In this document: one piece after another, positions 10,475 through 21,159 of the stretch
Layout of the letters: each line of letters begins with the position of its first letter
Numbering within the stretch: the first letter of the stretch is position 1
Assembly (NCBI GenBank): GCA_036803965.1
Contig: DAIRTI010000001.1
Span: 704-64,703 of the forward strand
DNA: 64,000 bases
Reading direction: 5' to 3'
Source of the DNA: Propioniciclava sp.
GTDB taxonomy: Bacteria; Actinomycetota; Actinomycetes; Propionibacteriales; Propionibacteriaceae
The notes under the pieces: generated by a model
The model's input: only the letters and a program-made list of their open reading frames with translations
Told to the model about the DNA's origin: nothing
The model's database searches: none
Translations under genes and position numbers: made by a program

Positions 10475-12018
10475 CGCGCCAGCCTCCGCAGGATCGCGTC
10501 GGCGTCGAGGCCGTGCGCCCGGGCGAGCAGCTCGGCGTAGGTCGGGCCGCCGCTCGGGCAGCGGGTGACCTCGAACGTGCGGATGGTCGGGTCGTCCGGA
10601 TCGACCTGGCTGACGTAGCTGACGACCGCCGGGCCCTGGCCGGCCAGCTCGTCGAGGAACGTCACCCAGACGCACAGGCAGTTCAGCCCCAGCACGCGGT
10701 CGAGGACGCGCCGCGACAACAGCAGCGCGTCCTGCACGGTCGTCGACGTGAAGACCTCGTTGAGCACGACGACGCTGCGGGGGGTCGCCCGGCCCAGCAC
10801 CGTGGCGCAGCGGACCACGTCCCGTTCGAGGGCGCCCCGCTGGTCGTGCAGGTCCTCGCCGCGGGCGAAGTTCGAGACGACCCGGTCGACCAGCGGGACG
10901 CGCGCCGCGCGCGCCGGCACCGGCAGCCCCACGCTGGCCAGGTGCAGCACCTGGCCGACCGCGCGGGCGAACGTCGTCTTGCCGCCCTGGTTGGGTCCGG
11001 TCACCACGACCACGCGTTCGGCCGGTTCGAGTTCGACGTCGTTGGGCACGACCTTCCGGTGGTCCCAGGCGTGCGCCAGCGCGAGCGCGGCGTCGTACGC
11101 GTCGTCCAGCCGGACGCCGGCGTCCGAGTCGGTGACGTCGGGCAGGCACACGGGCAGCCCGGCCGCGGTGAGGCGGTCGGACCAGTCCAGGACGCCGAGG
11201 TAGAAGCGCAGTTCGCGCGCGGCGGCGTCCAGGTCGGGAGACACCAGCGGCCGGTGCGCCGAACAGAACCGCTCGAGGGCCGCGAAGGCGTCCGGGTGGA
11301 GCTGAGCCGCCCGCTCGGCGATCGCGATCTCGAGCGGGTCGGAGTCGTCGCGCTCGGCCGGCAGCCACGGCAGACTCGACCGCCCCTCGCTGAGGAACGC
11401 CCCGAACACCGCCGCGAGCTCGTCGGCGTGGACGCACTCGTCCTCGACCGGCCGGCTCACGGTGACCCGGCTCTGCCGGAGCTGGAGCCGGAACGTCGCT
11501 CTGGCCAGGCGCTCGGCGACCTCGCGGGCGTCCCGGTCGAGCGACGCGAAGACCGGCGATGCCGCGTACGCGGCGACGTGCTCGGTCAGGCCGGCGATTC
11601 CTGCGGAGCGGTGGGGCGTGCACCCCAGTGCGGATGCGAGGTCGGCGACGGTGCCCACGTAGAGCTGTGCGGCCTCGAGAAACACCAGGCGGCGCTGAAC
11701 CGGATGCCGCGCGCGCTCCGACCGCTGCAGGCCATCTCGGACGCGGTGCAGCCCGGCTGCGAAGGTGCGGACGGCGCCGCGGAGTTGCGGCTCCTGCAGG
11801 TCACGCAGGACGGCGTGCCGGTACCGCACCGCGTTGACCGACGGCAACGGCGTCCGAAGATGTGTCTCCAGCCCGTACTCGTGCAGCCCAGCCAACACCG
11901 ACTCGATGACTCGGTCGAGGTTGAGGTCACGGAGGGACTCGTGGTCGCTCCCCTCCTGCGGCGCCTCGACGCCGGGCGGCAGCAGGAGGCTGGGCCGCGC
12001 GCGGGGATCACCGTCCAC
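10471..12018 (-). CDS. Short MutS-family ATPase (domain V-type), copy A
   Basis: 'DLNLD', Walker A 'TGPNQGGKTT', Walker B variant 'VLNEVFTST', 'VTFLDEL', C-terminal 'YAELLARAHGL'. Confidence 0.88.
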   Translation of the reverse strand: MDGDPRARPSLLLPPGVEAPQEGSDHESLRDLNLDRVIESVLAGLHEYGLETHLRTPLPSVNAVRYRHAVLRDLQEPQLRGAVRTFAAGLHRVRDGLQRSERARHPVQRRLVFLEAAQLYVGTVADLASALGCTPHRSAGIAGLTEHVAAYAASPVFASLDRDAREVAERLARATFRLQLRQSRVTVSRPVEDECVHADELAAVFGAFLSEGRSSLPWLPAERDDSDPLEIAIAERAAQLHPDAFAALERFCSAHRPLVSPDLDAAARELRFYLGVLDWSDRLTAAGLPVCLPDVTDSDAGVRLDDAYDAALALAHAWDHRKVVPNDVELEPAERVVVVTGPNQGGKTTFARAVGQVLHLASVGLPVPARAARVPLVDRVVSNFARGEDLHDQRGALERDVVRCATVLGRATPRSVVVLNEVFTSTTVQDALLLSRRVLDRVLGLNCLCVWVTFLDELAGQGPAVVSYVSQVDPDDPTIRTFEVTRCPSGGPTYAELLARAHGLDADAILRRLAR

Positions 12019-12078
12019 AGCGTCACCGTACTCAGGTTGCGGCCCCGCACAGGTCGATCGGACGTGTCGGCGTCCGGG

Positions 12079-13458
12079 TCAGGCGGGCTTGAGGAATCCC
12101 GCGGTCGGGACCGGGGCGTCGGCCCAGTAGCCACCCGGCGCGAACAGGGTGTCGACCACCTGGTCGAGGAGGCCGAGTTCGAAGAGGGCGTCCATGATCG
12201 TGTAGCGGCTGCGGATGGTCTGGCTCTGGTAGTAGGTGCGGCGCAGCTTGGCGAGGTCGACGGCGATTTGCGCCGGGTGATACGGGGCTCCGACGCGACG
12301 CAGCCGGTCGGCGACTTCGGACGCCGGCATGGTCTGGGCGGCGACGCGGCGCAGGAGCGTGGGCCAGCGGTCCTTGATCAGCCCGACCCGTTCGGCGGCC
12401 AGTTCACGCGGCACGTACTTGCCTCGCGACTGTGCCAGCGCGGCCTCGCGCATGCGGGGGAGCGGCTGCAGGTCGGCCACGCGCGCGTCGTTCTGCTCAG
12501 GGGTGAGCCACTCGGCGGCTCGGCGTCCGGGGTCGACGGCGGCGACGTCCAGTGTGGGCAGCAGGTCATAGACGGCCGAGGTCGCGACCGCCCCGACGCC
12601 GACCTTGTTGCCGTGGCTGAGCGGCGGCTCCCAGTCGAGGCCGTGGCCCTCCATCTCCCACTGGTGGGAGAAGTTGTGTCCTGCCCCGGACGCCGGACGC
12701 GACGACTTGATCGCCTGCATGGCCAGCCCCGACAGGATCAGCCCCTCGGCGAGGCGACCGACGGCGTCCGGGCTGCCGGCGGCGAGTCCGTCGGGGTCGG
12801 CGAGGGCGTCCGCGAGCGGGTCTTGGACGAGGTTCCAGACGTCACCGGCGACCGGCTCGATGTCGAGCTCGTCGGCGACCAGCCAATCGGCGCCGCCCGG
12901 CACCTTCTCGATGAGGTCGCCGTACCCGGACGCCGTGAGTCGCCGGGGCGCGGACGCCATGACGTCGACGTCCGCGATCAGCGCGGCCGGCGCGGGGCAG
13001 TCGCGGGTGATCTTGAAGCCGTCGCGCGTGATGGACGCCCCGAATGCGGTGTAGCCGTCCATCGACGCGGCCGTGCAGACGTTGAGGTAGGGACGCCCCA
13101 GCTCCCCGGACGCCAGCTTCGCGATGTCGTTCAGGGTGCCCGACGCGATGACGCACGCGACGGCGTCCAAGCCCCTGAGGTGGTCGCGGAGCCGTTCGAC
13201 GTTCTCGTAGGAGGCGTAGAGCGTCGGCGTGCCGGGAAACACGAAGGGCTCCTCAAGCGGGACGCCGGCGTGCGTGAGCGAGTCCCGCACCTGGACGCCC
13301 GCCGCGCGCCAGGTGTTGTCGTCGGCCACCAGGACGCAGGCCGCGCCGGGGAAGGTGTCGGCGAACACGCGTCCTGTCTCGGTGAGGACGCCGCGCCCGA
13401 ACGCGATCGCCCGGGTGTCGGTGGCGTCGGGCAGGGCCTTGGCGATGAGCTCGGACAT
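12079..13458 (-). CDS. sn-glycerol-1-phosphate dehydrogenase-like (AraM/EgsA family)
   Basis: 'SGTLNDIAK', 'TAASMDGYT', 'SGYGDL', 'RPASGAGHNFSH', 'HGNKVG'; RBS AAGGAG. Confidence 0.85.
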   Translation of the reverse strand: MSELIAKALPDATDTRAIAFGRGVLTETGRVFADTFPGAACVLVADDNTWRAAGVQVRDSLTHAGVPLEEPFVFPGTPTLYASYENVERLRDHLRGLDAVACVIASGTLNDIAKLASGELGRPYLNVCTAASMDGYTAFGASITRDGFKITRDCPAPAALIADVDVMASAPRRLTASGYGDLIEKVPGGADWLVADELDIEPVAGDVWNLVQDPLADALADPDGLAAGSPDAVGRLAEGLILSGLAMQAIKSSRPASGAGHNFSHQWEMEGHGLDWEPPLSHGNKVGVGAVATSAVYDLLPTLDVAAVDPGRRAAEWLTPEQNDARVADLQPLPRMREAALAQSRGKYVPRELAAERVGLIKDRWPTLLRRVAAQTMPASEVADRLRRVGAPYHPAQIAVDLAKLRRTYYQSQTIRSRYTIMDALFELGLLDQVVDTLFAPGGYWADAPVPTAGFLKPA

Positions 13459-13477
13459 CTGACTCCTTGGAAAGCGA

Positions 13478-13514
13478 AAAGGGCCCGCCAGACTCACGTC
13501 TGACAAGGCCCTTT
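13478..13514 (-). terminator. Hairpin / intrinsic terminator after tRNA-Asn
   Basis: AAAGGGCC...CAGAC-loop-GTCTG...GGCCCTTT inverted repeat, followed by T-run on the minus strand. Confidence 0.6.
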
Positions 13515-13522
13515 GTGATCAG

Positions 13523-13595
13523 CTCCCCCGACTGGACTCGAACCAGTAACCCTCTGATTAACAGTCAGATGCTCTGCCAATTGAGCTACAGGGGA
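13523..13595 (-). tRNA. tRNA-Asn(GTT)
   Basis: TCCCCTGTAGCTCAATTGGCAGAGCATCTGACTGTTAATCAGAGGGTTACTGGTTCGAGTCCAGTCGGGGGAG; cloverleaf, anticodon GTT, CCA not encoded. Confidence 0.97.
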
Positions 13596-13760
13596 TCGCT
13601 CGCGCGAGAAAGAACGTTACCAGACCAACCCGTTCGGCAACGAATCGGCCGCGTCCGCGACACTTCAGCATCATGTCCGGCAGCAGTCCCTCGGGCATCC
13701 GGACGCCGACGTGGAGGCCACCCCGTCAGTGGCCTCCACGCTGGGCGTCCGAGAGGTGCC

Positions 13761-14753
13761 TCAGACGACCGGTTCGGACGCCCGGGTGGCGCCGGCGGCG
13801 TCCTCACGTCTGCGCAGGGCCAGCAGGGAGAGGAACTCGAACACGAGGTTGCAGGCGGCCAGGGAGGTGATCTCGGCGACGTCGTAGGGCGGCGCGACCT
13901 CGACGACGTCGAAGCCGACGAAGTCGATGCCGGTCAGGCCCCTGATCAGGCTGATCGCCTCGAACGTCGAGTAGCCGCCGACCTCGGGCGTCCCGGTGCC
14001 GGGGGCGTAGGCGGGGTCGAGGAAGTCGATGTCGAAGGTCAGGAACGCCTTGTTGTCTCCCACGACCCGCCGGATCTCGTCGACCACCGCGGACAGCCCG
14101 ATCTCGCGCACCCGGTGGGTCGGGATCAGCGTGAACCCCAGGCTCGCCGCCAGCTTGAACTCGTCCGGGTCGTAGATCGAGCCACGCATGCCGACCTGGA
14201 CCGACCGGCTGGTGTCGATCAGGCCCTCCTCGTGGGCGCGACGGAAGGGCGTCCCGTGGTTGTACTGCTGCCCGAAGACCTGGTCGTTGATGTCGGCGTG
14301 CGAGTCGAAGTGGATCAGGCTGACCGGCCCGTGCTTCTTCGCCACGGCGCGCAGCTCGGGCAGCGTGACCGAGTGGTCGCCGCCGAGGGCGATCGGAAGC
14401 GCGCCGGCGTCCACGATCGAGGACGCGAACGCCTCGATCGCCTCGTAGCTCGGCAGGATGTAGCCCGGCGTGATGTTGACGTCGCCAAGGTCGGCCCCCT
14501 TGAGGTGCTCGAGGATGTTGACCTCGTGCACGGGGTTGTTGGGCTTCATCATCACCGAGATGTTGCGGATGCCCTGCGGCCCGAACCGGGCGCCGGTGCG
14601 GTACGAGCAGCCCGTGTCGAACGGGATGCCGTAGATCGCGAAGTCGAGCCCGGTGGCGTCCGGGCGCCGCTCCATGCGCATGAAATTGCCGACGTTGCAG
14701 AACCGCGGTGACGCGAACGCGGTCGCGGGCTGCTGGGGGGTGTTGTCCGTCAT
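13761..14753 (-). CDS. speB: Agmatinase / ureohydrolase
   Basis: 'GARFGP', 'GGDHS', 'DSHAD', 'HGTPF', 'TFDIDFLDPAYAPGTGTPE'. Confidence 0.9.
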   Translation of the reverse strand: MTDNTPQQPATAFASPRFCNVGNFMRMERRPDATGLDFAIYGIPFDTGCSYRTGARFGPQGIRNISVMMKPNNPVHEVNILEHLKGADLGDVNITPGYILPSYEAIEAFASSIVDAGALPIALGGDHSVTLPELRAVAKKHGPVSLIHFDSHADINDQVFGQQYNHGTPFRRAHEEGLIDTSRSVQVGMRGSIYDPDEFKLAASLGFTLIPTHRVREIGLSAVVDEIRRVVGDNKAFLTFDIDFLDPAYAPGTGTPEVGGYSTFEAISLIRGLTGIDFVGFDVVEVAPPYDVAEITSLAACNLVFEFLSLLALRRREDAAGATRASEPVV

Positions 14754-14797
14754 CTCGGACGCCTCCTGTTGCGTTGGTTGTTGGCTGAGTAGGGGAG

Positions 14798-16141
14798 TCA
14801 GAGCTGCTTCGGGGCGTGCGCGACGTCGTCGAGGGCGCGTCCCATGGTCTCCTCACCCCAGGCGAGGGTGACGATGAGTCCGAGCAGGGATGCCGCGGCG
14901 CCGGCAACCAAGACCCAGTTGACGCCCTGTTCGAGGATGAACGGCATGAGGTAGACGGCGCTGGCCGAGCCGATGCGGCTGGCGGCTGTGCCGATGCCGA
15001 CGGCGGTCGCCCGCACCTGGGTCGGGAACAGCTCGTTCGGGTAGACGATCTCGAGGAAGTTGGACGCCCCCGAGAGCAGCGCGAACGCGCAGACGGCGAA
15101 CAGCAGGACGCCGGTCGGCAGGCCCGGGATGAGTCCGCCGAGGCCCCAGATGATCGCGATGCCGGCGAAGGTCCAGACCAGGAGCGCCTTGCGGCCGATC
15201 TTGTCGACCAGGTACAGCCCCGGGATGCCGCCCACGACGAACAGCACCGCGAGGAAGACCTCGGCGCCCATGCCCTTGAGGTTGAACTGCTCCATGACGT
15301 CGAACGAGAACGAGTAGATCGACATCATCGGGATGATCTGGCACATCCAGAAGAAGCAGACGAACAGGGTCCGGGTGAGGTATGGCTTGCGGAAGACCGA
15401 CGACAGGGTGAAGCGGCTGTCGGCCTCGGGCTCGCCCAGGTCGGCGACGCCGTACTCGGGGCCGAAGACCTTCTTGATCGAGGCGTCCGCCTCGTCGATG
15501 CGGCCCTTCGAGATGAGCCAGCGCGGCGACTCGGGCGTCCCGAGCCGCATGATCAGCGTGATCACGGCGAAGAGGGCGGCGCTAGCGAGCATCCAGCGCC
15601 ATGCGTCGTTGCCGAACCACATGCCGCACAGGATCGCGACGATCGGCGCGACCGCCGCCCCGACCGCCCAGACGACGAAGGTGGCGCCGAGCATGCGTCC
15701 GCGGTACTTGGACGGGAGATATTCGGCCAACAACGAGGTGGCGATGGGGTAGTCCGCGCCGATGGCGACGCCGATCAGGAACCGCAGCGCGATGACATGC
15801 CAGGCCTCGGTCGCCGCGAAGGACAACACCGAGAAGATGGCGAGCGCCAACAGGTCGACGATGTACATGACGTGGCGGCCGACCTTGTCGGTCACCCAGC
15901 CGAAGACCAGGCCGCCGATGAAGATGCCGATCAGCGCGGCCGCGGCGATGAGGCCCTTGTCCGACTTCGACACCGCGAACTGGGTGCCCATGGTGGCGTA
16001 GGTGAAGCTGATCATCGCGATCGTGTAACCGTCGATGAACGGGCCGCCCGACGAGTACAGGGTCAGTTTCTTGTGAAAGGACGTCAGCGGGGCGTCGTCG
16101 ATGAGATGACTCCCGGTGGACGTCGTAGCCAGTTCGGCCAT
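14798..16141 (-). CDS. MFS transporter (sugar-porter-like, probably amine/guanidino substrate)
   Basis: 'GGPFIDGY', 'DKVGR', 'GADYPIATSLLAE', 'PESPRWL', 'PNELFPT'; RBS AAGGAGGAG. Confidence 0.9.
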   Translation of the reverse strand: MAELATTSTGSHLIDDAPLTSFHKKLTLYSSGGPFIDGYTIAMISFTYATMGTQFAVSKSDKGLIAAAALIGIFIGGLVFGWVTDKVGRHVMYIVDLLALAIFSVLSFAATEAWHVIALRFLIGVAIGADYPIATSLLAEYLPSKYRGRMLGATFVVWAVGAAVAPIVAILCGMWFGNDAWRWMLASAALFAVITLIMRLGTPESPRWLISKGRIDEADASIKKVFGPEYGVADLGEPEADSRFTLSSVFRKPYLTRTLFVCFFWMCQIIPMMSIYSFSFDVMEQFNLKGMGAEVFLAVLFVVGGIPGLYLVDKIGRKALLVWTFAGIAIIWGLGGLIPGLPTGVLLFAVCAFALLSGASNFLEIVYPNELFPTQVRATAVGIGTAASRIGSASAVYLMPFILEQGVNWVLVAGAAASLLGLIVTLAWGEETMGRALDDVAHAPKQL

Positions 16142-16265
16142 GCGTCTCTCCTCCTTCGCAGAGTCGCAGAACCCGTAGCGAGCCGGGCAATTCCCGGGGC
16201 GGGTTGCGTGAACGGGCCACAACGTAGGACGGGCGTCCGGGCGGCGGCCAGACGGCGTCCGCTCA

Positions 16266-16302
16266 AACTGTCGCACGCTCGTTATACGATCGCACAACAG
16301 TT
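16266..16302. promoter_or_regulatory. Probable PucR-family operator region
   Basis: AT-rich segment AACTGT...TTATACGATCGCACAA...CAGTT with terminal inverted repeat, between divergent MFS and PucR genes. Confidence 0.45.
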
Positions 16303-16334
16303 GGAGGCCTACGTTTCCCACGGACGGAGCGACG

Positions 16335-17843
16335 ATGCCCCTCACGATCGGCGACCTCGTCGACATGCCGCAGCTCGGGCTGTCGCTGTACGCCGGCGCG
16401 TCCGGGCTGGCGCGCGAGGTCATGTGGACCCACAGCACCGACCTGCCCGACCCGTGGCAGTGGCTGGCCGGCGGCGAGCTGCTGATGACCAACGGCATCT
16501 TCTTCCCCGCGGACGCCGAGGCCCAGGGTGCGTTCGTCGAGCAGCTCGACCGCAACGGGGCCAGCGGGCTCGCGATCGGCGAGGGCATGTTCTGCCCGCC
16601 GCTCACGGACGCCGTCGCTCGCGTCGCCGACGAGCGCGGTTTCCCGGTCCTGTGGATCCGCTACCCGAAGCCGTTCGTCGGCATCTCCCGGGCGGTAGCC
16701 GAGGCGTCGCTGGTCGACCAGTCGCGCCGGTTCGCCCGCACGACCCGCATCTACAACGCCATTCGCCGCATCACCGAGGTCGGCATCGAGCATTCCGCGG
16801 TCGAGGACGCCCTGGCGACCGAGCTGCAATGTCCGGTCCACATCTGCGTGCGCCGCAGCGGCTCGGCGTTCTTCCCCGACGGACGGACGCCGCCCACGTG
16901 CGTCTCGGACGCAGTCCGGCGCGAGCCGACGGGGGAGCGGCTGGTCGCGGGCGTCCGGGTGCGGACGTCGGCGTCCGGCGAAGAGGTGCTCCTGATGGAC
17001 GTGCCGACCCACGACGACGCGGTGTTGGCCATCGTCCGCGGACGGTTGGCCCTGGACTCGGTACTGCTGCAGCACGCGGCGACCGTCGCGGCGCTGGAGC
17101 TGTCGCACTCGCGGCTCATCCTCGAGCACCGGCGGCGGGTGGGCGACGACCTGCTCACGCACTTGCTGACCAACCAGCTGGATCCGGAGAGCGGACGCCG
17201 CCGGCTCGCCGAGGCCGGCATCGACCCCGCCAACGCCACCGTGCTGATGGCAGCCGCCGACGAGGGGAATCTGCGCGACCTGCACGTCGGGCTGTGGCGG
17301 GCGCGGGTGCCGCATCTGGTGGGCGTCCGGGCCGATCGTGCCTCGCTGCTCGTGGCCGGCCGCGACCGGGCCGTCGAGGTGGTGTTGGCCGAGCTGGGCC
17401 CCTCGGCGCGGGTGGGGGTGAGTGCGCCGTTGTTGGCGGTGGGGCGGACGCAGGAGGCCGAGCGTGAGGCCGAGTGGCTGCTGGGGCTGGCCCGCCGGGA
17501 CGGCCGAGCCGTCGTGCGCTACGGCGAGCCGCTGGGCGTCGTCGGTATGAGCAGCATCGAGGAGGCCCGGGCGCTGGTGCAGCGGGTCCTCGGGCCGGTG
17601 TTGGCCCACGACGCCCAGCACGACGGCGACCTGTTGGCGACCCTCCGGGCGTACCTGGAGCACGACCGGTCGTGGCAACGGACGGCGTCCGCCCTCAACC
17701 TGCACCGCCAGACCGTGCTGTACCGGATGCGCAAGGCCGAGCGCCTGCTGGGTCTGGAGTTGCACCGGACGCCGGACCTCACCCTGGCCTGGCTGGCGCT
17801 GGAGTCGTACGACCTGATGTCGGGAGCCCCTGGGCCGTCGTGA
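16335..17843 (+). CDS. PucR family transcriptional regulator
   Basis: N-terminal 'WTHSTDLPDPWQWLAGGELLMT'; C-terminal HTH 'TASALNLHRQTVLYRM'. Confidence 0.93.
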   Translation: MPLTIGDLVDMPQLGLSLYAGASGLAREVMWTHSTDLPDPWQWLAGGELLMTNGIFFPADAEAQGAFVEQLDRNGASGLAIGEGMFCPPLTDAVARVADERGFPVLWIRYPKPFVGISRAVAEASLVDQSRRFARTTRIYNAIRRITEVGIEHSAVEDALATELQCPVHICVRRSGSAFFPDGRTPPTCVSDAVRREPTGERLVAGVRVRTSASGEEVLLMDVPTHDDAVLAIVRGRLALDSVLLQHAATVAALELSHSRLILEHRRRVGDDLLTHLLTNQLDPESGRRRLAEAGIDPANATVLMAAADEGNLRDLHVGLWRARVPHLVGVRADRASLLVAGRDRAVEVVLAELGPSARVGVSAPLLAVGRTQEAEREAEWLLGLARRDGRAVVRYGEPLGVVGMSSIEEARALVQRVLGPVLAHDAQHDGDLLATLRAYLEHDRSWQRTASALNLHRQTVLYRMRKAERLLGLELHRTPDLTLAWLALESYDLMSGAPGPS

Positions 17844-17852
17844 CGGTGCTTG

Positions 17853-19460
17853 TCAGGGGGACGGGATCGGCCGCCGTCTCAGCGCGGTGGCGGCGGCGAG
17901 CGCCAACACTGCGGCCAGGAGGGCCAGGCCGATCATGTTGGCCAAGGGCAGGTCGCTGCGGGCGAGTTCGGACGCCTCGGCGCGTCCGCTGAACTCGAAC
18001 GGGGACAGGTAACGGATGCGGGCGTCCAGGCCGAACGCCTGCGACAGCAACCGTGTGGCGAAGGCGACGACGACGTAGGTCCAGGTGAGCCAGGTCGCGT
18101 GGTGGGGGAGCGCCGCGACCAGCAGCAGGGCGATGCCGGCGAAGACCCAGACGGGCGGCAGCAGCGTGAGGGCTGCCGACGTCATGAAGCCGAGTTCTTT
18201 GGCGGCGATGGGGCCGCCCCCGGCCACGACGGCGGCGATGAGGACGGCCTGGAGCAACACCGGCGCCAACACTGCGTACGGCAGGTGGCTGAGCAGCCAC
18301 CGGGTGCGTGTCAGGGGCGTGGCCAACAATGGCTCGGCGTGGCCGTCCAGTTCCTCGCGCCGCAGGGTGAGCAGGCTCGTGACGGCGTAGACGGCGGCGG
18401 CGTCCGCGCAGAGACCGACCATCAGGTAGAGGTACGTCTGGGCGGGCGTGCCGGTGATGCCCACGCGGGCGAGCGCGTCGAGCACCGCCTGGTTGCTGCC
18501 GGCGATGGTCTCGATCGTGCCGGCGATGCTGCCCAGGCCGAGGCCGATCAGGAGGTAGACGGCCAGCCAAGCGAACAGGCGTCCTCGTTGCAGGCGCCAC
18601 GCCAGGGCGTGCACGGACGCCACCGGGCGCGCATCGCTTGTGCGCTCGGGGAGTGAGAGGACGCCGGTGCCCAGGTCGCGGTCGGACAGCCGGAGCGCGG
18701 CGGCCCCCGCCCCGATCGTGAGCAGGGCGGGCAGGAGCAGCACCCACCACCGGTCGCCGGCGAACGGCCGCACTTCGGTGAGCCAGCCCAGGGGGTTGGT
18801 CCAGGCCAGCCATCCGGCCGCGCCGCCCGTGGTCGCCGAGACCTCGCCGATGCCGCGCAGCGCATAGGACGCCAGACCCAGCGCGACGACGGTGCCCAGG
18901 GTGGCGCCGCGTCCGGACAACACCTGGGCGACAAGCACCGCTGTCCCCGCCGCGGACATGCCGGTGAGCGCGTAGCCGAGCCCGGCCGCGAGCGATCCGG
19001 CCAGGGGAAGCTGGCGGGTGGCGAAACCCGCGAAGACGAGGACGCCGACGGCGCAACTCACCAGCGTGGTGCCCACCAGCGCCGCTGCCGCGGGCGCCGC
19101 CCGCCCAATCGGCAGGGCGCGAAGCACCTCGGTCCGGCCGTCGGCCTCCTCGCTGCGGGTCCAGCGGACGGCCACCAGCGCGGTCACCAGCCCGAGGACG
19201 AACGGCACGAAGCCCGCGCGCCACACCCCCATCGCGCCCAGGCTGGAGTCGAACAGCGGCCCGTAGGTCACCGTGAAGGCCGGGTTCGCCTGGCTGAGGG
19301 CGGCGTACTCGGCGCGTCCGGCGTCCGTGGGGTAGGCCGCCCGGATGGCGTCGGTCAGTGAGCCCGGCACGATGCCGAGGAACACCGTGAACAACACCAG
19401 CAGGAGCCAATCGCGCAGCAGGTTCAAGCGCAGCAGGCCGGCCCAGCCGCGGACGCTCAT
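17853..19460 (-). CDS. ABC-2 type exporter permease (drug/antibiotic exporter-like)
   Basis: Multi-TM; '[11 protein letters not shown]' and '[16 protein letters not shown]' repeated motifs; ATGA-coupled to ATPase. Confidence 0.88.
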   Translation of the reverse strand: MSVRGWAGLLRLNLLRDWLLLVLFTVFLGIVPGSLTDAIRAAYPTDAGRAEYAALSQANPAFTVTYGPLFDSSLGAMGVWRAGFVPFVLGLVTALVAVRWTRSEEADGRTEVLRALPIGRAAPAAAALVGTTLVSCAVGVLVFAGFATRQLPLAGSLAAGLGYALTGMSAAGTAVLVAQVLSGRGATLGTVVALGLASYALRGIGEVSATTGGAAGWLAWTNPLGWLTEVRPFAGDRWWVLLLPALLTIGAGAAALRLSDRDLGTGVLSLPERTSDARPVASVHALAWRLQRGRLFAWLAVYLLIGLGLGSIAGTIETIAGSNQAVLDALARVGITGTPAQTYLYLMVGLCADAAAVYAVTSLLTLRREELDGHAEPLLATPLTRTRWLLSHLPYAVLAPVLLQAVLIAAVVAGGGPIAAKELGFMTSAALTLLPPVWVFAGIALLLVAALPHHATWLTWTYVVVAFATRLLSQAFGLDARIRYLSPFEFSGRAEASELARSDLPLANMIGLALLAAVLALAAATALRRRPIPSP

Positions 19461-20364
19461 GGCCGTGCCGATTCGTACTGGCGCAGGAACAGTTCCTCCA
19501 GTGTTGGCGGCCGGCAGGTGAGGGCGTCCAGCCCCGCCACCGAGAGCCGGGCCAACACCGGGCCGAGCGCCGCGGCGTCCGCCTGCAGCGTGAGATGGTC
19601 GCCCTCCAGCGTGACGTCGTGGACGCCGTCGAGGCCGGTGAGGTCCGGCGCAGACGCGACCCGGGCGCCCACGCTCGTGCGGCCGAGGTGACGCAGGTCG
19701 CTCAGCCGGCCGTGCTCGACGGTGCGGCCGTCCCGGACGATCGTGACCGTGTCGCAGAGGGCCTCGACCTCGGCGAGGATGTGGCTCGACAGCAGCACGG
19801 TGCGGTCGCCGGACGCCGCCTCCTCGCGGACGCATTCGCGGAAGACCTGGTCCATCAGGGGGTCGAGGCCGCTGGTCGGCTCGTCCAGGACGAGCAGTTC
19901 GGCGCTCGACTCGAAGGCCGCGACCAGCGCAACCTTCTGCCGGTTGCCCTTCGAGTAGGTGCGCACCTTGCGGCGCGGGTCGAGCTGGAAGCGTTCGAGC
20001 AGCTCGGCGCGGCGTTGGGGGCGGGCGTCATCGCGCAGGCGGGCCAGCAGCCCGAGCACCTGGCCGCCGGTCAGGTTGGGCCAGAACGCGACGTCGCCGG
20101 GCACGTAGGCGATGCGGCGGTGCAGCTCGGGGGCGTCCTGCCAGGGGTCGGCGCCGAGGACGGCTACCGAACCGGCGTCCGCCCTGATCAGCCCCAACAG
20201 CACCCGCAGCGTCGTGGTCTTGCCCGCGCCATTCGGGCCCAGGAACCCGTGGACCTCGCCGCGCGCCACCTGAAGGTCGAGGCCGTCCAGCGCCCGGACG
20301 CGTCCGAAGGATTTCGTCAGCCCTGGGTCTCGATCGCCAGATCGGACGCCGACGCGTGCGTCAT
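19457..20364 (-). CDS. ABC transporter ATP-binding protein, frameshifted at ~20322
   Basis: 'GPNGAGKTT', 'YSKGNRQK', 'LDEPTSGLD'; N-terminus [15 protein letters not shown] joins [13 protein letters not shown] if one G is restored. Confidence 0.88.
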
Positions 20365-21008
20365 CGCGGTTGTCCCTTCTCGTCGGTGGCAGCGCGCAGG
20401 GGCGCCTGCTCGAGTTGTGCGTGGTAGGCCTTCGCCTGCTCGGGGGTGAGCAGCGGCTGGGCGTAGATCTGCAGCAGGGCGGCGAGCAGCCGGCGCTCGC
20501 CAGTGGGGGCGCGGACGTCCTCGCCGATTGCGGTGGAGACCTGGGCCTCCAGCAGTGTGACCGCCAGGGCCATCGCGGCCCGGACGGCGGCCTCGTCCTC
20601 GATGGGGGCGATGCGGTCAGCGTTCTCTGGGAGGGACCTCAGCCAGCTCTCGACCCCCGCTCGGACGTATTCGAAGACCCGGACGCCGCGTCCCTCGAAC
20701 AGCGCCCGAGCGAGGTACGGGCCGTACCGGTCGAGCCGCTGCATCGGGCTGTAGCCGCCTGCCGGAAGGCTCGCCGCGTCGGACTCCAGCTCCTCGAACA
20801 CCTCGATCAGCCGCTCGTCGCAGGCGGCCAACAAGTTCGCCTTGGACCCGAAGTGGTGCCTGATCAGTCCCGACGTCACCCCGGCCGCGTCCGCAATCGC
20901 CCGTGTGGTCGCCCGCTCGTAGCCGACCCGGCCGAAGAGGTCCAGCGCCGCCTCCCGGATCCGCGCCCGGGCGGTCAGGTCGCGCGGGTCGATGGGTTGG
21001 CTACTCAT
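20361..21008 (-). CDS. TetR family regulator of the ABC exporter
   Basis: '[16 protein letters not shown]...[22 protein letters not shown]'. Confidence 0.93.
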   Translation of the reverse strand: MSSQPIDPRDLTARARIREAALDLFGRVGYERATTRAIADAAGVTSGLIRHHFGSKANLLAACDERLIEVFEELESDAASLPAGGYSPMQRLDRYGPYLARALFEGRGVRVFEYVRAGVESWLRSLPENADRIAPIEDEAAVRAAMALAVTLLEAQVSTAIGEDVRAPTGERRLLAALLQIYAQPLLTPEQAKAYHAQLEQAPLRAATDEKGQPR

Positions 21009-21019
21009 GTGGTCAGGTT

Positions 21020-21037
21020 ACTACTCAGATGAATAGT
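21020..21037. promoter_or_regulatory. Probable TetR autoregulatory operator
   Basis: Imperfect palindrome ACTACTCAGATGAATAGT just upstream of the tetR start. Confidence 0.5.
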
Positions 21038-21159
21038 GGACGCCGTCGGCGCGAGTCACTTCGGACGTCAGTTCCGCGCACTCACCGAGTGGGTCGGCGT
21101 GCGGCCGTCGCGGGGTGAACGCTGTGGGACGCGGTTCGCTAGGCTGTCCCACCGAAGAC

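Noticed and set aside
8987..11623. 878-aa ORF as a single MutS protein
   Set aside because: Its first ~380 aa are an off-frame shadow of copy A; the real start is the ATG at 10474 overlapping the upstream stop
10513..13503. 996-aa plus-strand ORF and similar long ORFs (3111-5597, 14816-17467, 32521-35196, 45410-47638, 60431-62962)
   Set aside because: Antisense or off-frame shadows of well-supported genes, expected in high-GC DNA; no motifs
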